A stretch of 63,772 nucleotides of DNA, the filler included, from Octopus bimaculoides (taxonomy: Eukaryota): the NCBI RefSeq assembly GCF_001194135.2. It is 4 parts of 4 records of this genome, joined end to end, with 100 filler letters (N's around TTAATTAATTAA, not from the genome) between each part and the next. Parts side by side here need not be neighbours in the genome. Positions count along the whole stretch, not along the records: positions 45,624 to 60,321 come from NC_068982.1; positions 60,422 to 63,772 come from NW_026437159.1; 2 more parts are not named here. One strand, written 5' to 3'. The notes beneath the pieces were generated by a model. The model saw nothing but the letters and a program-made list of their open reading frames with translations. It had not been told where the DNA came from and ran no database searches. Both the position numbers and the translations under genes were made by a program. The stretch's first letter is position 1; every line of letters starts with the position of its first letter. Below, in pieces: positions 53,696 through 63,772 of this stretch.

Positions 53696-54971
53696 CGTGG
53701 TCTGATCAATAAGTATCCGGACTGTTGCTAAAGTAACAAAGCTATAACACGCAGAGTGAAGCCGCTCGGCACAGACTAACCTTCACCCATGTTGTGCATG
53801 CGCACTAAGTTTTAACGTTCTGGCTTACTTCCGCTGTTTACAGTAGTGCTTGGAGGGAACGTGTGTAACGTGTGATCGTTGCATTAACCTTGACAGAAAG
53901 TTGAGCAAAGAATCAGCATCAAATTTTGCCAAAAGCTTGGCGATACCTGCTCAGAGGCCTACGCTAGGTCTTCAAAAAGTTTTCATCGATCTCGACACAA
54001 TCAAGGAGATCTTGTGCAACTGAAACCCGAGTGTCGTTTTGGTCAGTTGAAAGCAGTTTTGGCACAAACTTGGCAGACACACATCTCATACCCAAATCTT
54101 CAGTGATAATGGACTGAACTGTAACTAATCTGCACATCCTTTTGATGATAACTCGACGATTTCCCCTCACAGATGCACGCACATCTGCGATGTTTTTCTC
54201 AGTTCTGCTGGTTGCGGGTCTCTCAGAACATTCGTCAATATCGATATTTTTTCAGCCACTCGCGTGCGGCTCATACACTCCTCTCCATACACATTTTGCA
54301 ACTTTGCGTAGGCAGATATCGCCATGACAACTTTCTAGGTGATGATCAATGCGACGATCACACGCTACAGACGACCTTCCTACCAAGCACTGCTGTAAAC
54401 AGCGGAAGTGAGCTAGATCGTTAAAACGTAGTGCGCGTGCACAGCAGAGTTCAAGGTCAATCTTTGCGCAGCGGCTTCATCCTGCGTTTTAGCTTCGTTA
54501 CTACGGCGAGCTGGCAGAAACGTTAGCATGCCGGGCAAAATGCTTCGCGGTATTTCGTCTGCCGCTATGTTTTGAGTTCAAATTCCGCCGAGGCCAACTT
54601 TGCCTTTCATCCTTTCGGGGTCGATAAATTAAGTACCAGTTACGCACTGGGGTCGATATAATCGACTTAATCCGTTTGTCTGTCCCTGTTTGTCCCCTCT
54701 GTGTGTAGCCCCTTGTGGACAGTAAAAAAATAAGAAACGTTAGCACGCCGGGCGAAAAGTTTAGATGTATTTCGTCTGTCTTTTACAATCTGAGTTCAAA
54801 TTCCACCGAGGTCGACTTTGCCTTTCATCTTTTCGGGGTCGATAAATTAAATACCAGTTGCGTACTGGGGTTGATCCAATCAACTGGCTCCCTCCCCCAA
54901 AATTTTGGGCCTTGTGACTAGAGTAGAAAAGAACTATGGAAACAGTACGGATATTTATTGATCAGACCTAG
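53696..54971. mobile_element. Mariner derivative made of two left ends in inverted orientation, with an inserted SINE dimer
   Basis: TA-cgtggtctgatcaataagtatccggactgtt on the left and aacagtacggatatttattgatcagacctag-TA on the right. Plus arm encodes KVEQRISIKFCQKLGDTCSEAY; minus arm encodes VQSIITEDLGMRCVSAKFVPKLLSTDQ. Both arms carry the same 5' UTR. Confidence 0.8.
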
Positions 54972-55584
54972 TAATGCTGTTAAGACGACACTACAGATGA
55001 TAAAGAGGCAGAAAGCGCGTGACTTAGTGGGTCAGATATTTGACTCACGAACATAGGGTGGAGAGACTGATTCCCCACCTCACGTTTTGTCCTTGAGCAA
55101 ACACTTCATTTCACGTTGATCCACTTCACTCATTGTAGTATCTGTAATTCAGAGGAGCCAGCCTTATCACATTCTGTGTCGCGCTGAATCTCCCCGAGAA
55201 CTACGTTAAGGGTACACGTGTTTGTGGAGTGCTCAGCCACTTGTGGAGTGCTCAGCCAACGAGCAAACTGCTCCGTTGACCTGATTAACCGGAACACTTG
55301 TCGTAATCGACGGAGGGCCAGTTAACACATGATAGTACATGATAACAGCGACATAAGGCTTTCATATCTTTTCAAACACCTGAATATCTACGTGACCTGG
55401 AATTGGAAACTGAACCACTGATTCAGATCGTTGAAAACTTTCAGCTGCATCTCAACGTCATGGCTTCAATTAAGAGATCTTTCACCTTTGTATCTCTAAT
55501 CGTATCTCAGGCGCCAAAGCAATATTCTTAAAATACTTTTCTCACACCAGAAAAGTTTACATACTGTTGCTGTTGCTGCTGCTG

Positions 55585-55665
<81 letters not shown>

Positions 55666-56495
55666 GATTCTTGTTAGACATTTCGGGAAAATAGTTTGAA
55701 AACACAGTGCTTAACATTTATATATTTGCTTGCTTTATTATGTCTAGACTATCAGATCAATATATTTGAAATGTTTCGTGCCAACGGTCCTATGATATAT
55801 AGATATTTGCCACTGAAATAGAAAAGTGTAAATGCTATTTTTTTCTTGAAGATGAATTTGTTATTTTATGTGAGTATATATTTGTGACATATTCTGAAAA
55901 TGTAAAAAATATTTTTTCACTCGTAGACATTTCTCATTATTAGTCAGTTTCTTTTATAAAAATAAAATGTCGCAGATTGTTGGTATGAATGTTGCGTAAA
56001 ACTAGTTCGTTCGTATTTGGTCAGCTATGGCTACAGTGTCCATGCTCCAGAGGATATCAAATTCAGCGTGTAAGTTTGGTGATCAAGCAGTACAAAGATA
56101 TTTCATTCTCGCGGGACCCATTTTAGCTAGTTCTATGTTTGTTGTTGTTTAGCTGTCATGACGCAGTGGTCTGTTGTGCAGGACGTCATCCGAGCAATAA
56201 ACCGCGATCGACAGAGCCATCCTCCCAGTCATGTCGTCTCTGTACCTAACAGAGAAACAAACAACTTGTTCACTCCAGCATGGCATGATAAATCGCAGAC
56301 AATGCAGGTGAAAGGCAGGAAGTACTGCACTTACTCTTATTACATAACTAACTAAACGCAGGTTTGGCTGTGTGCTAAGCTTCCCCGAGAATTAAAGGGT
56401 AAGCTAATTTCAGGGGCTTCAAAAAGTAATGGCTTGTTATCAGAAATTGAAGAAACTAATAAATATGTTCTGGGAACTTTAACAATTCCAAAGTA

Positions 56496-56663
56496 CCGTT
56501 CTATATTTAAGAGATGAGGAATTATGTACATTATTTATATTTGACAGATATTTGTCTTCATCTTGTTTGTTAACACGACGTTTCGGCTGATATACCCTCC
56601 AGCCTTCATCAGGTGTCTTGGGGAAATTTCGAACCTGGGTTCTCATTCCTAAGGCATTTTTCG

Positions 56664-56705
<42 letters not shown>

Positions 56706-56832
56706 TCACTGTCTGGAATCGAACTCGGAATCTTGGGGTTAGTCGGCCACACTCTTAACCACTACGTTATATGTCCGTTGTGTTAACAACAAACAAGATG
56801 AGGACAAATATCCGTCAAATGTAAATAATGTA
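56496..56832 (-). mobile_element. tRNA-headed, hammerhead-containing non-autonomous retroelement with Penelope-type tail and inverted terminal duplication
   Basis: Minus order is tRNA-like head (~56700-56778; B box GAGTTCGATTCC), (AAT)n, spacer, hammerhead, then 3' tail ending ...ctcttaaatatagaac. 56777-56832 is an inverted copy of the tail. Confidence 0.75.
56572..56617 (-). ncRNA. Minimal type I hammerhead ribozyme motif (Penelope-type), core intact
   Basis: Minus strand reads GACAC CTGATGA A GGCTG gagggtatat CAGCC GAA AC GTC GTGTT: stem I GACAC/GTGTT, core CUGAUGA, 5-bp stem II, GAAA, 2-bp palindromic stem III (ACGT), GUC cleavage triplet. Confidence 0.8.
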
Positions 56833-57459
56833 ATTTCAAAGTACTTCTGAACAACAGTGATGACATCTGGTGGGTTATAAACTATAGCTTTCGATGAAGG
56901 GTAAATTCAGTTAGGTCGATTTCTAAAACACGGTTTTTTAAGGCGGCGAAGCTGGCAGAAACGTTAGCACACCGGGCGAAATGATTAGAAGTATTTCGTC
57001 TGTCTTTACGTTCCGTGTTCAAGTTCCACCGAGGTCGACTTTGCCTTTCATATTTTCGGGGCCGATAAATTAAGTACCAGTAGCGTACTGAAGTCGATCT
57101 AATCGACTGGCCCTTTCCCCAAAAATTTCGGGCCTTGTGGCTAGAGTAGAAAAGGATTTCTAACACGTTTATTTTATCAAACCTGGTGGAATGTAAACAA
57201 TAAAGTCCACCGCGGTGAAATTTGAACTCAGGATATAACGTATAAAAACAGAAATAGCTGAGTATTTCAAAGCACGTTGCACGGTGATCTACCGATTATT
57301 TCATCCGATTGCTACCGGGTAGCAATATTGTTTTTAACATTGGTAAAAGGTCACCTTCCGCTTTTTTTTTGGAGAGGAGTACTTGGTTAGTATTTGGCTA
57401 AATTTATTTTAATGACCGCGATGCCATGAAAAATATAGCCGACCACGGCAATATTCGAA

Positions 57460-58105
57460 GGCGGCGAGCTGGCAGAAACGTTAGCACATAGGGCGAAATG
57501 CATAGCAGTATTTGTCTGTCCTTACGTTCTAAGTTCAAATTCCACCGTGGTTGACTTTGCCTTTCATCCAGTCGGGGTCGATAAATTAAGTACTCATTAC
57601 GCATTGGGGTCGATGTAATCGACTTAATCCCTTTGTCTGTCCGTGTTTGTCCTCTCTATGTTTAGCCCCACGGTGGGCAATAAAAAAATAAGAAAGTTTG
57701 CACGCCGGGCGAAATTCTTAGTGGCATTTCGTCTGTCTTCACGTTTTGCGTTTTCAAATTCTGCAGAGGTCGACTTTGCCTTTTATCCTTTCGGGGTCGA
57801 TAAATTAAGTACCAGTTACGCACTGGGGTCGATATAATCGACTTCATCCGTTTGTCTGTCCTTGTTTGTCTCTTTTGTGTGTAGCCCCTTGTAGGCAGTC
57901 AAGAAATAAAAATCGTTAGCATGCCGGGCGAAATGCTTAGCGGAATTTCGTCTGTCTTTACTTTCTGAGTTCAAATTACGCCGAGGACGACTTTGCCTTT
58001 CATCCTTTCCGGGTCGATAAATTAAGTACCAGTTGCGTACTGGAGTAGATCTAATCGACTGGCCCCCTCCCCCAAAATTTTGGTCCTTGTACCTAGAGTA
58101 GACAA
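57460..58105 (+). mobile_element. Head-to-tail trimer of a second tRNA-derived SINE family; dimer at 54503-54935, single copies near 52483-52700, 56940-57160, 58500-58710, 59790-59965, 60105-60290
   Basis: ~220-bp units ggcgagctggcagaaacgttagca...gagttcaaattcc...gcctttcatcctttcggggtcgataaattaagtaccag repeated in tandem. Confidence 0.85.
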
Positions 58106-58888
58106 GAATATTCACAATAACAGCCATAACATCCGCATTTTAATTAAAATAACAAGACGTCATTTTTCTTCTATGCTATCATATACAAAAACGGTTAGAC
58201 ATGGATTATTAAATAAATAAATATATGCCTTCATTTCATTGAGTTAACATGCCAACCATAACTTATTGACTTGTTTCTTGTGCTTCTGCCATTAGAATAC
58301 TATGAATATTCGTGAATGTTCCCTATAGACCTTCTCAAGTTTTCTACGTATTGTTCAACAAGGGGCTCATTTAGACTAGGTGACATTTTGATCGAGTATC
58401 CAGATTGTGAATCCAGATGTTGTCAGTTGAGTGCAGAAATCAAAAAGGTTTGGTGAAATTGAACAGAAGGTAGTAAGGGAAGGCGAAGCAAAACAGAAGT
58501 ATAATCTTTTCTACTCGAGGCACAAGGTCCCGAAATTTTTTGGGAAGGGGCCAGTCGATTAGATCGACCCCAGTACGCAACTGGTACTTGATTTATCGAC
58601 CCGGAAAGGATGAAAGGCAAAGTCGACCTCGGCGAAATTTGAACTCAGACGAAATATCGCTAGGCATTTCGCCTGGCGTGTTAACGTTTCTGCCAGCTCG
58701 CCGCCTTAAAACAGAAGTATAATGAGAAAGTATGGAGTAAAATGCATGACATACATCAAATATACAGTATAATGTGGATAGCGGAGTAAAAGAAATATTA
58801 AAACGCTGCGATGGGTAAATTGTCGCAATTTTATATTTTTAATTTTGCGCATGGGCATTGCTTGTTTTTGATTTTGTCGGCTACACAG

Positions 58889-59652
58889 TACAGTAGGGTC
58901 AGTTGGGCATCATCTGTGAGAAACACAACACCATGACGAAATTCACTCTGCTTCGCATTCACGCCGGAAACTCCAATGCGAACATTTCAGAGTGTTTGGG
59001 TGTCGATCTGAGGACAGTGCAATCTGAGGACATGTGCCGAGAGTGATAAAAATCAAACATCCAGTCAACATCATGGTGTTTGGAGTAATCACTAGTGATG
59101 GCGACGTCATGCCTTCATTCATCTTCCCACACGACTTCAGACTCAACACGGAGGCCTACATCAAGTGTCTGGAGGAGGTAGTGCTGCCCTGGGTCAAGAG
59201 AGTGGCTGCTGGAAGACCCTATGTATGACAACAGGACTCTGCACCATGACACACAAGCGAAAGAACCCAGTCATGGCTGTCAGACAATTTCTACGATCAC
59301 ATCACCCCAAATATCTGACCATCTAACTCTGCAGACTGTAACTCCCTTGATTATTTATAATGTGTGCGAGAAACAAACAAAGCTCTTTGTAACAGCAAAG
59401 ATGAACTGAATGCAAGGATTATGGCAGCATTCACCAACTTAAACAAGGAGACCGTCCAGAGGAGTTGCAAGAGATTCTGAAGTCATCTGGAGCCGTGGTT
59501 GAAGCCAATGACGATTTTGTTGAATAAATTAACTCTTTAGTATTTCAAGATATTTTTATGTAATTTTGGTAAATATATCTGTTAAAATGAGATGTCAGTG
59601 TTATTTTCGTTTTTGCGTAATTTAGATGACAACACATTCACCACACCCTGTA
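58889..59652 (+). mobile_element. maT (DD37D) Tc1/mariner-superfamily transposon remnant
   Basis: KHPVNIMVFGVITSDGDVM...V*QQDSAP*HTSERTQSWLSDNFYDHITPNI*PSNSADCNSLDY has 37 residues between the two Asp. Ends caccctg-TA. Internally deleted. Confidence 0.85.
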
Positions 59653-60710
59653 TATTGAATTTATATTTCTTGAACACAAACTGACAGCAGAAGGAAAAAT
59701 GCCTGTTCTCTTCCGCTGATTTCAGTCATTAGACTTACGACCGTGATTTGACACCGCCCTCTAGGAATTTATTCAGTTATATTGGCTTCAAAGTTTGGCA
59801 AAAGGCCAGCAATTTTGGGCGATGGGGTAAGTCGATTACATTCACCCTAGTGGTCAACTGGTACTTATCCTATCCTCCCCAAAAAGATAAAAGGCAAAGT
59901 CGGTCTCGGTGGAATTTGAACTCAGAGTGTAAAGATGGATGAAATGCCGCTAAGCATTTTGCCCGGCGTCCCTACTATTCTGTCAAACCATTAGTTATAT
60001 TAACACCAGTAGTTGGTCTGTTATCTGTTTCATTGACGCAAAAAAAAAAAAGAAAGAAGACTAAATGCAAAGACAAAGTGGTGTCAGTATGACTACCAGT
60101 CAAATACTGACGGGCGAAATGCTTAGCGGTATTTCGTCTGCCGTTACGTTCTGAGTTCAAATTCCGCTGAGGTCGACTTTGCCTTTCATCCTTTCGGGCT
60201 CGATTAAATAAGTACCACTTACTCACTGGGGTTGATGTTATCGACTTAATCCCTTTGTCTGTCCTTTCTATGTTGAACCCCATGTGGGCAATGATAATAA
60301 TAATAATAATAATAATAATAANNNNNNNNNNNNNNNNNNNNNNNNNNNNNNNNNNNNNNNNNNNNTTAATTAATTAANNNNNNNNNNNNNNNNNNNNNNN
60401 NNNNNNNNNNNNNNNNNNNNNACGCGCACACACGTTCATGCACGCACACACGTGCATTCTCACATGTATATGCATGCATACACAAAGAAGCAAAATTCAC
60501 AAGTCATAGACACATACACACACACACATATACATCCATATATATATATATATATAGAAAACGCTCGTAGCATATTTTATTTTAAACCATTTAAATGAGT
60601 TTTATGTCTTTCAGATAGCCCATGGCAGATAAAATAAAATACAAACACAAGAAATGAAAAGACATGCAGTCATTGTTGCCCTACTTTCGTAACACATTAA
60701 GTTAGAAATT

Positions 60711-60800
60711 CCCAAGTTCCTGAATGATGTAATATCTCTTGTACACAGAATACTTCCCAAGTTCCTGAATGATGTAATATCTCTTGTACACAGAATACTT
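60711..60800 (+). repeat. Perfect 45-bp tandem duplication
   Basis: cccaagttcctgaatgatgtaatatctcttgtacacagaatactt x2. Confidence 0.95.
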
Positions 60801-60859
60801 CGTTTGTTTTAAAGAGAAAAGAAACATTCTAAATGTTCGGACATTATAAAGACACCGAA

Positions 60860-61430
60860 AATCATTCAATATGTTTGAACATTATCAAGGATGATCCCAC
60901 AAAATCGATTAATGGCCATCCTCAAAGACCTTCAGCTATCGAAGTAGACTATCAGAACTATGGTGCACATGAATATTTGGTTCAAGTTGTATGTGCTGAG
61001 GGGAAGGCCAATGTATGTCTCAAAGTCACAAGAAAACCGTTCGTTCCGTACCAAGCGGAATAAACGGTTTTAAAAAGGCTAAGTTCCTTCACAAAATATC
61101 GGTTCTTTTCTGATAAGAAAATCTTCGACCAAGACAAAAGGTTTAACAGGAGAAATGACAGATGGTTACGTGCAGATCCCTCTCATGTCTCCAGAGTGAT
61201 GCCTACTTAGTTTCTTTAGTTTCCGTTAACTGATTCTGATTCAGGGGATTGCAATCCCTCTTGGGGTCAGTGTATGATTTGAAACCTGAACGTAAACACG
61301 AATGAAACACCGCTCAGCATCGTGAGATGATCCGGAAAACCCTGGAAACGAAGCTACTAGAGAGAAATATAGTCAGCCAACGGATTCAGGTAGAAGTTAA
61401 TATCCCGGAAGCAAAGAGATAGATCGAAAC
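60860..61430 (+). mobile_element. Older maT-like transposase remnant
   Basis: Piecewise NIIKDDPTKSIN, SDKKIFDQDKRFNRRNDRWLRADPSHVSRVM and DCNP; explains track ORF 60833-61063. Confidence 0.7.
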
Positions 61431-62600
61431 AGCTGTAGATATACATATGAGGAGAAGCAACTCTTCCCTGCCTCTACCTTACAATAGCAATGTAAAATAA
61501 AACCTTTGTTATGAAAGACGTAAATGAGTTTATAAATGAATTGGATTATGAAGTGGATTGAGTCTTGATTCAGAGTACAGCATCATGAAATAGAGCAGAG
61601 ACTGTTTTGTAGATCTTTGTAGATCTTTGTGAGTAAATTAGCCGAAAGAAGCCTGTCGTATATATATATCTCTTCACTCTTTTACTCTTTTACTTGTTTC
61701 AGTCATTCGACTGCGGCCATGCTGGAGCACCGCCTTTAGTCGAGCAAATCGACCCCAGGACTTATTCTTATGAAACACGTGTACCGCAGAATCCTTTGTG
61801 TTTTTGTTTTTTATTTTTTGCATTTACAATTCATTCTTTCACCTCAACCACGAGCTGGCATACACAGGTGCTTACAATTGTCAAGTATTGCCTCTAACAT
61901 TTACTTTATATATATATATATNNNNNNNNNNNNNNNNNNNNNNNNNNNNNNNNNNNNNNNNNNNNNNNNNNNNNNNNNNNNNNNNNNNNNNNNNNNNNNN
62001 NNNNNNNNNNNNNNNNNNNNNNNNNNNNNNNNNNNNNNNNNNNNNNNNNNNNNNNNNNNNNNNNNNNNNNNNNNNNNNNNNNNNNNNNNNNNNNNNNNNN
62101 NNNNNNNNNNNNNNNNNNNNNNNNNNNNNNNNNNNNNNNNNNNNNNNNNNNNNNNNNNNNNNNNNNNNNNNNNNNNNNNNNNNNNNNNNNNNNNNNNNNN
62201 NNNNNNNNNNNNNNNNNNNNNNNNNNNNNNNNNNNNNNNNNNNNNNNNNNNNNNNNNNNNNNNNNNNNNNNNNNNNNNNNNNNNNNNNNNNNNNNNNNNN
62301 NNNNNNNNNNNNNNNNNNNNNNNNNNNNNNNNNNNNNNNNNNNNNNNNNNNNNNNNNNNNNNNNNNNNNNNNNNNNNNNNNNNNNNNNNNNNNNNNNNNN
62401 NNNNNNNNNNNNNNNNNNNNNNNNNNNNNNNNNNNNNNNNNNNNNNNNNNNNNNNNNNNNNNNNNNNNNNNNNNNNNNNNNNNNNNNNNNNNNNNNNNNN
62501 NNNNNNNNNNNNNNNNNNNNNNNNNNNNNNNNNNNNNNNNNNNNNNNNNNNNNNNNNNNNNNNNNNNNNNNNNNNNNNNGAGAGAGAGAGAGAGAGAGAG

Positions 62601-62643
<43 letters not shown>

Positions 62644-62950
62644 CGTACGATATGTATATACCTAAAAATATATAGGCGCAGAAGTGACTGGGTGATACGT
62701 AGCTTGTTTACTAACCACATGGTTCCGGGTTATATATATATATATATATATATATACGACGGGCTTCTTTCAGTTTCCATCTGACAAATCCACATACAAG
62801 GCTTTGGTCGGCCAGAGGCCATAGTAGAAGACAGTTGCAGAAGGTGCCACGCAGTGGCATTGAACCCGGAACCATGTGTTTAGTAAGCAAGCCACTTACC
62901 ACACAGTCACTCCTACGCCTATATATTTTCATGTATATATATATCATTTG

Positions 62951-63054
<104 letters not shown>

Positions 63055-63516
63055 CATATATATCGTATATATACATATGTATCTCTCTCTCTCATTCTTT
63101 CTCTTTCTCTAGGGGTGGTTATGTGGTCAGAAGCTTGCTTCTCAACCACATGGTTCCGGGTTCAATGTCTTCTACTATAGCCTCGGTGTGACCAAAGCTC
63201 TGAGTAGATTTGGTAGACGGAAAGTGAAAGAAGCCCATCGTATATATATGTATCGATGCTATTACGTTAAACTAAGTCCAAATTTGGGCAAAGGCGGTTT
63301 TTTTTACAGTATCTATTTTTGCTTGCAATGGCCAGTTCTATTGGTCAAACTATCGTATCTCCAGTTGCTTCAGATGCCAAGATATCGAAAGCTGTCTAAG
63401 TCTAGTACAACGGTTTTGCTATGGAATGGTGAAATTATTATTTCGTTTTCTGAAAAAGCAACATTTAGTACTTACGGCTCTTTTGCATAATAGCAACGAT
63501 GATATATATACATATA

Positions 63517-63562
<46 letters not shown>

Positions 63563-63772
63563 CGTGTGTGTGTGTGTGTGTCGTGTCGGTGTTTGTGTCT
63601 CCCACCATCGCTTGACATCCGATGTTGGTGTGTCTAAGTCCCCGTAACATAGCGGATCGGCAAAGAGACCGATAGAAATAAGTACCAAGCTTAAAAAGAA
63701 TAAGTCCAGGGGTCGAGTTCTCCGACTAAAAGGTAGTGCTCCAGCATGGCTGCAGTCAAATGACTGAAACAA

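Overview
Repeat-dense, AT-rich animal DNA with many N gaps. The SINE families and microsatellite load point to an octopus genome (inference; no database check was possible). Almost all ORFs in the supplied track are microsatellite, SINE or N-gap artefacts. Two spliced genes can be read by hand. (1) The first coding exon of a GRK4/5/6-subfamily GPCR kinase on the minus strand (10499-10550, MELENIVANTVYIKARE), missed by the track. (2) Seven phase-compatible GT-AG exons on the plus strand (34392-45003, 310 codons, 3' end missing) encoding an uncharacterised beta-propeller protein with BBS7/BBS2/ITFG2-like motifs. The rest is transposon debris: a Gypsy LTR-PBS-gag-protease remnant, Tx1-like and RTE-like LINE fragments, mariner and maT (DD37D) remnants, hAT and mariner MITEs, a TIR family with 6-bp target duplications and telomere-like repeats, and many tRNA-derived SINEs. 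The most interesting signal is a non-autonomous element built as tRNA-like Pol III head, (AAT)n, minimal type I hammerhead ribozyme, Penelope-type tail, with inverted terminal duplications. One copy has an intact ribozyme core (56572-56617, minus). The same terminal sequences flank a Penelope-like ORF fragment at 44422-44716, and three more hammerhead-like motifs from other repeat families occur in the window.
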